A stretch of DNA of 39,567 nucleotides from an uncultured Thermodesulfobacteriota bacterium (GTDB lineage Bacteria; Desulfobacterota; S145-22): NCBI GenBank assembly GCA_964556045.1, contig CAZKUZ010000023.1, positions 1-39,567 of the forward strand, written 5' to 3'. Of the stretch, positions 26,887-36,416 are shown piece by piece. The notes under the pieces were generated by a model. It made no database searches, was not told where the DNA came from, and saw nothing but the letters and a program-made list of their open reading frames with translations. Position 1 is the stretch's first letter. Each line of letters starts with the position of its first letter. The position numbers were made by a program, and so were the translations under genes.

Positions 26887-26904
26887 CAAGTGAAACAAGT
26901 GAAA
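26887..26904. repeat. Perfect tandem 9-mer CAAGTGAAA x2 in the cytochrome c3 / cobU divergent region
   Basis: Read directly from the sequence: gtCAAGTGAAACAAGTGAAAaaa. It lies about 30 bp upstream of the cobU -35 candidate. Confidence 0.9.
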
Positions 26905-26934
26905 AAAATAACAAAAATCCCCCCTTGCGCTTGC

Positions 26935-26963
26935 TTGACAACCCACGGGCTGGCTGTTACAGA
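26935..26963 (+). promoter_or_regulatory. Candidate sigma-70 promoter of cobU, implying a very short leader
   Basis: TTGACA-N17-TACAGA, ending 8 nt before the cobU ATG. There is no SD upstream of that ATG. Confidence 0.35.
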
Positions 26964-26971
26964 ATTCTCCA

Positions 26972-27502
26972 ATGAAGACAAAAAGCGCAAAAATCGTCTT
27001 CGTTCTCGGGGGGACACGCAGCGGGAAGAGCAGATACGCCCTCTCCCTCGCGGAGCCCTATGGCACCAAGGTCTTTATCGCCACGGCGCAGGCGCTCGAC
27101 GGGGAGATGGCACAACGCATCAAGGCTCATCAGCGGGAGCGGGGAGAGGCGTTCCGCACCATCGAGGAACCCTACGATCTGGGAAGGGCCGTTCAGGTCC
27201 TTCCGCCGGACACGGGCGTGGCCGTCATCGACTGCCTCACCGTCTGGCTTGGAAACCTCTTATACAAATACGGGGAACTTCCCACCCAGATGCTTGAGAT
27301 CGACAGCCTTTTTGAAACCCTTCAAACGCCGCCTTGCGACCTCATCATCGTCTCCAACGAAATCGGCCTGGGCATCGTCCCCGGGGACAAACAATCGCGG
27401 CGGTTTCGGGACGTGATGGGCGGTATCAATCAGCGCGTGGCGGCCATGGCCGATGAGGCCGTTTTCATGGTCAGCGGGCTGCCCCTCAAGCTCAAGGGGT
27501 GA
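26972..27502 (+). CDS. cobU: Adenosylcobinamide kinase / adenosylcobinamide-phosphate guanylyltransferase
   Basis: VLGGTRSGKSRYA (P-loop), DGEMAQRIKAHQRERG, IDCLTVWLGN and VSNEIGLGIVPGDKQSRRFRD. Confidence 0.9.
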   Translation: MKTKSAKIVFVLGGTRSGKSRYALSLAEPYGTKVFIATAQALDGEMAQRIKAHQRERGEAFRTIEEPYDLGRAVQVLPPDTGVAVIDCLTVWLGNLLYKYGELPTQMLEIDSLFETLQTPPCDLIIVSNEIGLGIVPGDKQSRRFRDVMGGINQRVAAMADEAVFMVSGLPLKLKG

Positions 27503-27598
27503 AAGAGAGAATCAGGTGGGGGGTCATGGCCGACGGGGGAATAGGGCTTTGAACTTCAAGCCGCGGCTCTATCGCGAACAGTCCGGGATACCCCTCTT

Positions 27599-28603
27599 AT
27601 GTTAACCTGCGCCCTTCTCCTCATCGTCGCCGTTGCCCTCGACGCCGTCCTCGGAGATCCCGCCTACGGCCTCCACCCCGTTCGGCTCATCGGCCGGACC
27701 ATCCAGAGATTAGAACCCCCGCTCAGGAAGGTTCCTGTCCCGGAGTTCTGGAAGGGGGCCCTTCTCGTCCTGCTCGTCCTCGCCCTATGGGAGGGCCTTT
27801 CGATTCTCCTCTACGAGATCCTTTCCCCCTTTCCCCTCCGTCTCCTCTTCACGCTCTTCATCGTTTATAGCTGTTTCGCCCTCCGGGACCTCACCCGCCA
27901 TATCCTGCCCGTGATTTCCGCCCTTGAGGGGAACCGGATTCCGGAAGCCCGGGAACAACTCCAGAAAATCGTGGGCCGGGACACGACGGTTCTCAACCGG
28001 CCCGGCATCATCCGGGCGGCCATCGAAACCGCCGCCGAGGGATTCGTGGACGGTTTCCTCGCGCCTATTTTCTGGTACGCCCTCTTCGCAATCATCGGTG
28101 GATCTCTTTCCATCGCGCCCTGTCTCTCCGGGCTCACGGGTATCCTGGGATATCGTGTCATCAACACCCTCGACTCCATGATCGGGTACAAAAACGAGCG
28201 CTACCTCCTCTTCGGCCGTTTCGCCGCGAAACTCGACGATGTAGTCAATTTCATTCCGGCGCGCCTTTCCATCCTTTTTCTCTTCCTAAGCGCCTGGCTC
28301 CTGGGCAAGGATGCGGGAAACGGCCTCGAATCGACGGTGAAATACCACGCTCATGCCGCCTCTCCCAACGCGGGATATCCGGAAAGCTTCGTGGCGGGGG
28401 CATTCCACATTCGGCTTGGCGGTCCCGTCCAATACCCGTTCGGGAAGGTGGACAAACCGTGGATCGGAGACGGCGCCCTCGAACCAACGCCCGACATCGT
28501 GCGGGAGGTCACCCGCCTCATCACCCTGTCGGGGTATCTCGCCGCGGTCAGCCTTGCCCTCTCTTCCTGGGTAACACCCATCGTCACAAAGAAAAATTTC
28601 TAA
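27599..28603 (+). CDS. cbiB: Adenosylcobinamide-phosphate synthase CbiB/CobD
   Basis: LDAVLGDPAYGLHPVRLIGRTI..., DSMIGYKNERYLLFG, and NAGYPESFVAGAF. It is a membrane protein. Confidence 0.9.
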   Translation: MLTCALLLIVAVALDAVLGDPAYGLHPVRLIGRTIQRLEPPLRKVPVPEFWKGALLVLLVLALWEGLSILLYEILSPFPLRLLFTLFIVYSCFALRDLTRHILPVISALEGNRIPEAREQLQKIVGRDTTVLNRPGIIRAAIETAAEGFVDGFLAPIFWYALFAIIGGSLSIAPCLSGLTGILGYRVINTLDSMIGYKNERYLLFGRFAAKLDDVVNFIPARLSILFLFLSAWLLGKDAGNGLESTVKYHAHAASPNAGYPESFVAGAFHIRLGGPVQYPFGKVDKPWIGDGALEPTPDIVREVTRLITLSGYLAAVSLALSSWVTPIVTKKNF

Positions 28604-28702
28604 AGAAGAGGGATTTATGGTATATTTCTCACATGAATACCAGAAAAATCAAAAACTGGCTTCCTTCTCGCCTACGCTTAGGATAGCTACGACGCCCTGA
28701 CG

Positions 28703-29884
28703 ATGCGCTTCAAAATCTTAGACAAGTACTTTTTCATCGAAACCCTTCCCCCTTACGGGATCGGCCTTGTCGCCTTTACCTTCCTTCTCTTCATGGGGCG
28801 TATCTACCACCTGATGAAGCTGGTAGTTTACGAAGGAACCCCTCTCGTCTTCGTCTTAAAATTTCTCATCTATCTGATCCCTTCTTTCCTGATCTTTACC
28901 ATTCCCATCGGCCTCCTGCTGGCCATTCTGGTCTCCCTGGGCCGACTCTCCTCGGACTCCGAGATCATCGCCCTGAAGAGCTCCGGAGTCAGCATCTTCC
29001 AGATCCTCCGGCCCTACGCCTTCCTGGCCGTCATTTCCTTCCTGTTAGTTAATCTCATCGTCCTCAAGGGCCTCCCCTGGGGAACACAGAAGATTAAAGG
29101 CCTCATCATTCAGATGATCCAAGAGACCTCTTACTTTCAGGTCACGGAAAGGGCCTTCACCCAGGTGGGGAAACACCTCCTCTTCTACGTGGAAAGCTAT
29201 GACCCGGAGACGCAGAAACTGAAGAACATCTTCATCCAGGACAGCCGGGACCCCAAGCGCGAGATCACCATCGTGGCCCCCGAGGGGCAGGTCCTCAAGG
29301 ACATCCAGAGCCATCTCATGGTCATCCGGCTGCTCAACGGAAACATCCACCAGATGTTTTCCCTGAAGGAATCGTATCAAAAGCTTCACTTCAGCACCTA
29401 CGATTTCCGGGTGGACCTGGCCAAGAAGCTGAAGGGGAGGGGCATCATGCGGGTCAAGAACAAGGACCTCTCCGTCAGCGCCCTACGCGAAAAGATCCGT
29501 AAGATGAAAAAGGCGGGGAGGGACACCTCGAACGAGGAAATCCAGCTCCAGAAAAAATTCGCCATCCCCTTCACCTGCCTGATCTTCACCCTCATCGGGG
29601 TTCCGTTGGGAATCCATCCCAAGCGTTCGAAGCGTTCCGTCGGTCTTCTCGTCTGCCTGTTGGTAGTCTTCGCCTATTACGGTCTGACCATCCTCTTCGA
29701 TGTCATGGGGAACAACAAGACCCTCTCACCCTTCTGGGCGGTCTGGCTGCCCAATATTATCGTCACCCTGATCGGGATTTACCTCCTGATGATAAGCTAC
29801 AAGGAACGGACGCCGAAGCTGTTTGAATACCTCGAAACCCAGTGGATTAATTTCAAGTTCTGGCTCCAGGAAAAGAGAAAATGA
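28703..29884 (+). CDS. lptF: LPS export ABC transporter permease LptF (YjgP/YjgQ family)
   Basis: MRFKILDKYFFIETLPPYGIGLVAFTFLLF... The protein has six TM segments with a large periplasmic insert. It is the first of a tandem pair; the F versus G assignment is by gene order only. Confidence 0.8.
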   Translation: MRFKILDKYFFIETLPPYGIGLVAFTFLLFMGRIYHLMKLVVYEGTPLVFVLKFLIYLIPSFLIFTIPIGLLLAILVSLGRLSSDSEIIALKSSGVSIFQILRPYAFLAVISFLLVNLIVLKGLPWGTQKIKGLIIQMIQETSYFQVTERAFTQVGKHLLFYVESYDPETQKLKNIFIQDSRDPKREITIVAPEGQVLKDIQSHLMVIRLLNGNIHQMFSLKESYQKLHFSTYDFRVDLAKKLKGRGIMRVKNKDLSVSALREKIRKMKKAGRDTSNEEIQLQKKFAIPFTCLIFTLIGVPLGIHPKRSKRSVGLLVCLLVVFAYYGLTILFDVMGNNKTLSPFWAVWLPNIIVTLIGIYLLMISYKERTPKLFEYLETQWINFKFWLQEKRK

Positions 29885-30972
29885 TTAAGATACTCGACCG
29901 CTACATCGGGGTGGAATTCTTAAAGCATCTCACCTTCATCACGTTCGTGTTCATGATCTTCTTCGTCATCGCCCACTTCTTCGATCACGCAGATACCTTC
30001 GTGAAGCACCACGCCTCCGTCCTCCTCGTGCTGACTTATTACGCCTTGTCCCTGCCGGGATACTTCTACCAGACCTCCCTCTTCGCCATCCTCTTCGCCA
30101 CGCTCATCACGTACACCATCTTCTCGAAAAACCAGGAGATTATGGCCATGCGGGTCCACGGCATCAGCCTGTGGGCGACCGTTCGTCCCGTGCTCCTCCT
30201 TTCCGTCATCCTCAGCGTCTTCATTTTCATCGACGGGGAGTTCATAACCCCCATCACGCAGAAAAAGACCTTCTACATCTACAACACGAAGATAAAGAAG
30301 GAAAAAAAGAGCGAAATCTTCTTCGGAGCAAAGAAATGGCTCCGCTGGAACGACAAGATCTACAACTTCCGGAGAATCGACGCGTCCGGCCGGAAAATCG
30401 ACGGCATTACCATCTTCATCATGAGCAAAGGGTTTCACGTGGCCCAGCGGATCGACGCCTTGAAAGCCGAGCAGAAATCCGCGGACAAATGGCTCCTGAC
30501 GGACGTCATCTGGAGGACCTTCGAGAAGGGGAAACCCATCGTCACCTTCAAGTATCCCAAACGCGTCTTCCAGTTCCCCAGACTGTCCAAGGTCTCGAAG
30601 GAGGCGGAACGCCAGACCAAGCAGATGAGCTTTACACAGTTGAACGAGTTCATCGAGAAGAACAAGTCTTCCATCAACCAGAAGGTCCTGAACCGTTACT
30701 ACGTGGATCTACACACGAAGGCCGCCTACCCGTTCGGAGGCATTATCATGGTCCTGGTCGCCATTCCCTTCGCCCTGAAAATGGGGCGACAGGGAGGGAT
30801 CAGCATCGGGCTCGGGTTTTCCATCGGGCTCGGCATCATCTACATCATCCTTTCGTCCCTGTTCAACTCCCTGGGATACGCGGGCCTCCTGAACAGCCTC
30901 CTCGCCGCCTGGGCGGTGAACATCATCTTTTTCCTCGGGGGGTGTCTGGCCTACCTGAGCCTGCCCCAATAG
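29881..30972 (+). CDS. lptG: LPS export ABC transporter permease LptG (YjgP/YjgQ family)
   Basis: MIKILDRYIGVEFLKHLTFITFVF... It overlaps the lptF stop by 4 nt. Confidence 0.8.
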   Translation: MIKILDRYIGVEFLKHLTFITFVFMIFFVIAHFFDHADTFVKHHASVLLVLTYYALSLPGYFYQTSLFAILFATLITYTIFSKNQEIMAMRVHGISLWATVRPVLLLSVILSVFIFIDGEFITPITQKKTFYIYNTKIKKEKKSEIFFGAKKWLRWNDKIYNFRRIDASGRKIDGITIFIMSKGFHVAQRIDALKAEQKSADKWLLTDVIWRTFEKGKPIVTFKYPKRVFQFPRLSKVSKEAERQTKQMSFTQLNEFIEKNKSSINQKVLNRYYVDLHTKAAYPFGGIIMVLVAIPFALKMGRQGGISIGLGFSIGLGIIYIILSSLFNSLGYAGLLNSLLAAWAVNIIFFLGGCLAYLSLPQ

Positions 30973-30991
30973 CCACAAGAAGGGAGAACCT

Positions 30992-31405
30992 ATGGCCCCC
31001 TATCGTTACACTATCAGCTACGGTGATACCGACGCGGGAGGGGTTGTCTACTTCGCCAATTACCTAAGGTTCTGCGAGCGCTCCTGGTTCCACTTTCTGA
31101 AGGAACGCGGCTGGGACCTCTCCGCGAAAGAGAGGGACGGCAATCTTTACCTCACCGTCAAAAAGGTCGAGGCGGATTACATCGCCCCAGCCCGGTACGG
31201 AACCACGGTGGAGATCGTGACCACCGTCGGAAAGCTCTCCCGGGCGAGTTTCTGGTTTCATCACATCTTGAGGAACGCCCAAAACGGCAGCCTTTTCGCC
31301 GCCGTGAGAAACCAGATGGTCGCCGTCGACACCACGGGGAAGCTGCAACGCCTTCCGGGCCCCCTTCAAAAGATCCTCAAAGAGGCCTATGACGAAAACG
31401 ATTAG
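30992..31405 (+). CDS. YbgC/4HBT-family acyl-CoA thioesterase
   Basis: YRYTISYGDTDAGGVVYFANYLRFCERSWFHFL; hotdog fold; 137 aa. Confidence 0.85.
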   Translation: MAPYRYTISYGDTDAGGVVYFANYLRFCERSWFHFLKERGWDLSAKERDGNLYLTVKKVEADYIAPARYGTTVEIVTTVGKLSRASFWFHHILRNAQNGSLFAAVRNQMVAVDTTGKLQRLPGPLQKILKEAYDEND

Positions 31406-31466
31406 AAATACAGGATTCGGGAAACCGGCGCGGGAAACAATTTTCCGCTCACGTTCGGGAAATAGA

Positions 31467-31495
31467 TTGACAATACGAAGAGGGATAGGTATTAA
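31467..31495 (+). promoter_or_regulatory. Candidate sigma-70 promoter of the FabH-like gene
   Basis: TTGACA-N17-TATTAA. Confidence 0.5.
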
Positions 31496-31545
31496 CATGC
31501 TGTCTCAAAAATGACAAAGATCGAACAAAGGAGATTGCCTCGCAA

Positions 31546-32637
31546 GTGGAGAGCAAGAAAAACACCGTAATCATAGGCACATGGTGTTACATACCGGAAA
31601 AGGTTATCAAAAATTCGGATTTTCTCAATCACGACTTCTACGACCAGGATGGCACGAAGATCGATAAGACCCCCGAGGAGATCATCGAGAAGTTCGAGGA
31701 GATCACGGGGATCAAGGAGCGGCGGTACGTGACGGACAACCTCCTCACCTCCGACATCTCCTTCTTCGCCGCAGAGCAGGCCCTCGAATCCTCCAAGGTC
31801 GATCGCGAAAGCCTCGACTACCTCATCTGCGCCCACAATTTCGGAGACGTCCGGCACGACAACAACCGGGTGGATCTGGTCCCGAGTATCGCGGCGAGGG
31901 TCAAGAACAAGCTGCGCATCAAAAACCCGAAAACCGTGGCCTACGACCTCCCCTTCGGCTGCCCGGGCTGGCTGGAGGGCATGATCCACGCGGACGCCTT
32001 CATCAAAACCGGCATCGCGAAGAGGATCATGATCATCGGAAGCGAAACCCTGTCCCGCGTCACGGACCCCCACGACCGGGATTCCATGATCTTCGCGGAC
32101 GGGGCGGGAGCCACCATCGTGGAGGGACAGGATACCGGGGGGAAAAAAGGGATCATCTCCCATTCAACCCGCTCCGACACCTACAACCACTGTCACCTCC
32201 TCACCATGGGGAAATCCCACAACCCCGACTACAAGGGAAACGAACTTTTCCTGAAGATGCACGGGCACCAGCTCTACAAGTACGCCTTGAGGGTGGTTCC
32301 GACCCTCATCAAGGAAAGCATCGACAAGGCGGGGCTGGGTATCGAAGACATCGACAGCGTGCTGCTCCACCAGGCCAACGAGAAGATGGACATCGAAATT
32401 CTACGGCGACTGTTCCGCCTCTACGGGATTCGAAAACCGGCTCCGGAACTCATCAGCAAGATCATGCCCATGAGCATCGCCTGGCTCGGCAACAGTTCCG
32501 TGGCCACGATTCCGACCCTGATCGACCTGATTCTAAAGCACAAAATGGTGGACTATTCCCTTTCGGAGGGAGACACCGCCGTCCTCGCCTCGGTGGGTGC
32601 GGGCATGAACGCCAACGCCATCGTCTACAAATTCTGA
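31546..32637 (+). CDS. 3-oxoacyl-ACP synthase III family protein (FabH-like KAS III)
   Basis: The Cys-His-Asn triad contexts are DLPFGCPGW, LLHQANEKM and LGNSSVATIP. The start codon is GTG. Confidence 0.85.
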   Translation: MESKKNTVIIGTWCYIPEKVIKNSDFLNHDFYDQDGTKIDKTPEEIIEKFEEITGIKERRYVTDNLLTSDISFFAAEQALESSKVDRESLDYLICAHNFGDVRHDNNRVDLVPSIAARVKNKLRIKNPKTVAYDLPFGCPGWLEGMIHADAFIKTGIAKRIMIIGSETLSRVTDPHDRDSMIFADGAGATIVEGQDTGGKKGIISHSTRSDTYNHCHLLTMGKSHNPDYKGNELFLKMHGHQLYKYALRVVPTLIKESIDKAGLGIEDIDSVLLHQANEKMDIEILRRLFRLYGIRKPAPELISKIMPMSIAWLGNSSVATIPTLIDLILKHKMVDYSLSEGDTAVLASVGAGMNANAIVYKF

Positions 32638-32647
32638 GGAATAGGGA

Positions 32648-34120
32648 TCAACCCTCTCCGACAATCTGCGGGTAACGGCCCGCGGCGGAAAATATCTGCT
32701 CATATCCACGCGCGGCCCGGAGAAGGATCCGCTCCCCGAAGAGATCCCCGATGAACTGAAGCCCGACGGGAAGGTTTTCCTTCGTCCATCCGCAGGGAAC
32801 GGAAATCCCGGGAAGCCCCGCCAGATTCACCGAAATGGTGAAGATATCCGAGAGATACATCTGGAGGGGATCGTCCGTCCTCTCGCCGATCTTAAATGCG
32901 GGAGTCGGCGAAGTGGGTGTCGCGATCACATCGCAAATCTCGAAGGCCTTCTTGAAGTCCTCGCGGATCAGAGTCCGCACCTGCTGCCCCTTCCGGTAAT
33001 AGGCGTCGTAATAGCCCGCGGAGAGGACATAGGTCCCCAGTAAGATACGGCGTTTGACCTCGGTGCCGAACCCCTCGGATCGGGTCTTCTCATACATGTC
33101 GCGAAGGCTGACGGCGGATTCATCACGGTATCCGTACCGTACCCCGTCGTAACGGGCCAGGTTGGAGCTGGCCTCCGCGGTGGCGATGATGTAGTAGGTG
33201 GCCACGGCATACTCCGTGTGCGGCAGGGAGATGTCCACGATCTCCGCTCCCGCCTCCTCCATGGCCCTGATGGCCCCTCTGACGCGGGCCTCCACCTCGG
33301 AATCGATCCCCTCGATGAAATACTCCTTCGGGATCCCTATCCGCAACCCCTGAAGGCCCTCTTCAAGCCCCTCCGTGTAGTCGGGATACTCGCGGGGCAC
33401 GGAGGTGGAATCCTTCGGGTCGTGGCCCGTGATGACATTGAGGAGCAAGGCCGCGTCCTCGACCGAACGGGTCATGGGCCCGATCTGGTCCAGGGACGAC
33501 GCGAAGGCCACCAGGCCGAACCGGGAAACGGTTCCGTAGGTGGGTTTCATCCCCACGATCCCGCAGAGGGAAGCCGGCTGCCGGATGGATCCCCCCGTAT
33601 CGGTGCCCAGGGCGCCGGCACAGAGGGCGCCCGCCACGGCCGCGGCGGATCCCCCGCTGGAGCCTCCCGGAATCCGCTCCAGATCCCAGGGATTCCGAGT
33701 TACTTGAAAACGGGAATTCTCCGTGGAAGACCCCATGGCGAACTCGTCCATGTTGAGCTTGCCGAGGATCACCACGTGTTCCCGCCGGAGCTTCTCGATA
33801 ACGGTGGCGGAGTAGGGAGGGATGTAGTTCTGAAGAATCTTCGACCCACAGGTGTTGGGGATACCCTCCACGCACAGGACATCCTTGATGCCCAGCGGAA
33901 TTCCGGTCAGTGGCGTCGCCTCCCCCCGCCGGATGATATCGTCGGCTTCCCGCGCCTCTCTCAGGGCCATCTCGGCATCCACGTGGAGATAGGCCTTGAC
34001 TTTATCGTCGAGGTTGTCGATACGTTCCAGGTACTGCCTCGTTACCTCGACGGAACTCACCTCTCCCTTTTTCAAGGCCTCGGAAAGGTCTTTGATGGTA
34101 TGATATTCCGGATACGACAT
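32648..34120 (-). CDS. gatA: Asp-tRNA(Asn)/Glu-tRNA(Gln) amidotransferase subunit A
   Basis: I set the start at the ATG at 34120 ([16 protein letters not shown]...), which follows AAGGAGG. The amidase signature is [12 protein letters not shown]...[12 protein letters not shown]. The track start at 34198 would overlap gatC. Confidence 0.95.
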   Translation of the reverse strand: MSYPEYHTIKDLSEALKKGEVSSVEVTRQYLERIDNLDDKVKAYLHVDAEMALREAREADDIIRRGEATPLTGIPLGIKDVLCVEGIPNTCGSKILQNYIPPYSATVIEKLRREHVVILGKLNMDEFAMGSSTENSRFQVTRNPWDLERIPGGSSGGSAAAVAGALCAGALGTDTGGSIRQPASLCGIVGMKPTYGTVSRFGLVAFASSLDQIGPMTRSVEDAALLLNVITGHDPKDSTSVPREYPDYTEGLEEGLQGLRIGIPKEYFIEGIDSEVEARVRGAIRAMEEAGAEIVDISLPHTEYAVATYYIIATAEASSNLARYDGVRYGYRDESAVSLRDMYEKTRSEGFGTEVKRRILLGTYVLSAGYYDAYYRKGQQVRTLIREDFKKAFEICDVIATPTSPTPAFKIGERTDDPLQMYLSDIFTISVNLAGLPGISVPCGWTKENLPVGLQFIGDLFGERILLRAARGYEQIFSAAGRYPQIVGEG

Positions 34121-34130
34121 GAAACCTCCT

Positions 34131-34433
34131 TTACGTCGAAGAAATTCCTTCTGATATGGGCGGAACCCGGAAGAAAGCTTCATGCCTGGCGGGGGCATTC
34201 GCCAAGACCTTCTCCCGCTCTTCGAAGGGGATCAGTTCGTCTTCGCGGAACGCGTTCGTGATATCGAGGGCATGGGAGGTCGGTTCCACCCCCTCCGTGT
34301 CCAACGCCCCCAGCTTTTCCACGTATCCCAGAATCGCGTTCAAATCCTTCTCGAGCGAGGTCTTCTCTTCCTCACTGAGAGAAAGCCTCGCCAGTGTCGC
34401 GATATGCTCTACTTCTTTACGACCTATTGCCAT
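34131..34433 (-). CDS. gatC: Asp-tRNA(Asn)/Glu-tRNA(Gln) amidotransferase subunit C
   Basis: [41 protein letters not shown]...; 100 aa; directly upstream of gatA. Confidence 0.9.
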   Translation of the reverse strand: MAIGRKEVEHIATLARLSLSEEEKTSLEKDLNAILGYVEKLGALDTEGVEPTSHALDITNAFREDELIPFEEREKVLANAPARHEAFFRVPPISEGISST

Positions 34434-34550
34434 GATTCAACCTCTTTTCACAGGAAAAATTGACGATCCGATTGCCTCCCTGGTGTGTCAACCGTTCCTA
34501 CCACACACCTCGCAATCCGGTCAAGGGGCTCGATCCCCCGCCCCATTCTC

Positions 34551-34955
34551 TCACGTCTCCGCCAGGGCCTTGATGATATCCCAGCGGGTCACGATCCCCA
34601 CGATCTTCTCCCGATCCACCACGGGCAGGCGATTGACGCGGTGCTTTACCATGAGCCGCGCCGCCTCGTCGACGGGGGTGGCGGGGGAGCAGGAAATCAC
34701 CTCCTTCGTCATGATCTCTTTGACAGGCGTGGCAAATTTTTCCTTCAAGACCTCCGGCGGCTCCTTGCACATCTCCTCGGGCGGGGGAAGGTAGTTGGAA
34801 ATATCCCGGTAAGTGATCATCCCCACGGGTCGCTTCTTCTCGGCCACCGGCATGCCTGAGATATCGAACAATTTAAACTTGTTGATAATCGTCGAGATAG
34901 TCTCGTTCGGATGGCAGGTTGTGACGGAACGGTTCATGATCTCGTAGACCTTCAT
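34551..34955 (-). CDS. CBS-pair domain protein (134 aa)
   Basis: The ATG at 34955 overlaps the upstream stop (ATGA). The product MKVYEIMNRSVTTCHPNETI...ISGMPV...VKEIMTKEVISCSP...MVKHRVNRLPVV contains two CBS motifs. Confidence 0.85.
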   Translation of the reverse strand: MKVYEIMNRSVTTCHPNETISTIINKFKLFDISGMPVAEKKRPVGMITYRDISNYLPPPEEMCKEPPEVLKEKFATPVKEIMTKEVISCSPATPVDEAARLMVKHRVNRLPVVDREKIVGIVTRWDIIKALAET

Positions 34956-36373
34956 ACGGTTCCTCCAAAAAAGCTTCGGTTGATTTGGTCCTGGAGCGCC
35001 TCCACGGCATTCAGAGATTTTCTCAGGAGATCCTGGCCCTCCTCGTCGAGCCACGAGGGATCGATGGCGTTGCTCTTGGGCAATCCCTTCGCCAAGCGGT
35101 GGATCTGGTAGAGGGCCCGGAAGACCATCAGGTGATAATACGCCTCTTCCAGCCCCTCTACGATTCGGGCGTCCAGCAGGCTATGGGATCGGAGAAAGGC
35201 GAGCCGCTTCAAGGTATGCGTTTCATCCATGAGCCGGTTCTTCACGCACAGGACGCGGACAAGGATGGTCAAGGGGGCCCAGCCGTTGAGCTTGAGATCC
35301 AAGGTCCCCTTGTCCGGCCCGCTCCGTTTCACCTTCAGGCGCTTGAACATCCCGAGGGCGATGGGCATCAGGATGGCCGAATGGGCGATCTGGTTCAGGA
35401 TGTCCGGATTTTCGGGGAGGTAGGTATGGAGAAGTTTCATGAACCTCTCCGCGAGGGCCGTGTCCCCCGCCACGAAACGGCAGTCCATCAGGATGTTCAT
35501 GTCGAGGATGGAAAGCTCTCCGGCCCCGTACCGGACCTTCCCGATGAGCCGGCGTTCCCAGCGGGAAAGCGTGCCCCGCCACTTGTCGTAGGACGGCATG
35601 ATATGCCCCTTGCAGCGATCGATCCCCACGGCGTCGAGCAGGTCCTCCATCTTCTGGCAGAAACGCCAGAAATAGCGTCCGGTAAGGTCGATCCCGTCCG
35701 CGTTCGCCTCGGTCTCTCCCTGGTCAAAGCGAAGGAGCCGGTTCAAGCAGTCGGGAGCGAGGCGCTTCATCAAGGCCTTCTGGCTCTTCTCCGTGGACTC
35801 GTAAACGAGGAGGTTGTCCTGATCCGTGGCGAACAACTGCTCCCCGCGGCCGTCGCTTCCCAGCGCCATCCAGGCAAAGCGGGCGGGAATCGGCCCGAAT
35901 CCCTCCGCGACCATCTCCTCCTCGGCCAAGGCCAAAAGCCTGCGGGTGAGATGCCCCCGAAACTCCGTCAATCTCCTCTGCAGCCCCACGATCGAGGTGT
36001 CCGAGAGGAAAATCCCCGCCGACCAGCCCATGAACTCCCTATGGATCCTCAAAAGGGCCTCGAGATTCCCCCCGTCTTGTCCATGGAATTGCGTATAGGT
36101 CTCGAACCGCCCGACAGCCTCTGAAATGGCCGCCGACTCTTGTCGGAGACGCTCCCTCAGGCCCTCGAGGACCTTCAGGCGCTGTTCCGTCTCCATCCGC
36201 TGGGGCCGATACGTCTCCGGAAAGTCCCCCAAGATCCTGGAGGCGAAATAGGAGGCATCCCTCAATGGAATGACGCGCTGAAGTGTTTCCCTGAAATCGG
36301 AAAACTCCGCGAAACAGGAGGCAGGGTCCTTCTCCCCCGGTTCGCGCTTTTCGTTTTTACTGTTTCGGGTCAT
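34952..36373 (-). CDS. DUF294-type putative nucleotidyltransferase (GlnD-like NTase plus DUF294_C substrate-binding domain)
   Basis: FAWMALGSDGRGEQLFATDQDNLLVYE matches the DUF294 NTase core (GS-x-GR-x-E ... D-x-D). The C-terminal half is helical. The cNMP and CBS modules usually fused in COG2905 proteins are absent. Confidence 0.7.
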   Translation of the reverse strand: MTRNSKNEKREPGEKDPASCFAEFSDFRETLQRVIPLRDASYFASRILGDFPETYRPQRMETEQRLKVLEGLRERLRQESAAISEAVGRFETYTQFHGQDGGNLEALLRIHREFMGWSAGIFLSDTSIVGLQRRLTEFRGHLTRRLLALAEEEMVAEGFGPIPARFAWMALGSDGRGEQLFATDQDNLLVYESTEKSQKALMKRLAPDCLNRLLRFDQGETEANADGIDLTGRYFWRFCQKMEDLLDAVGIDRCKGHIMPSYDKWRGTLSRWERRLIGKVRYGAGELSILDMNILMDCRFVAGDTALAERFMKLLHTYLPENPDILNQIAHSAILMPIALGMFKRLKVKRSGPDKGTLDLKLNGWAPLTILVRVLCVKNRLMDETHTLKRLAFLRSHSLLDARIVEGLEEAYYHLMVFRALYQIHRLAKGLPKSNAIDPSWLDEEGQDLLRKSLNAVEALQDQINRSFFGGTV

Positions 36374-36416
36374 TCTGCTCTAAGGAAATCCACCCCCGAG
36401 GCGAGGCCTCATCCGC

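Noticed and set aside
26788-26971. A possible cobalamin riboswitch upstream of cobU.
   Set aside because: I could find no B12-box-like core or the conserved paired elements. The candidate promoter leaves almost no leader.
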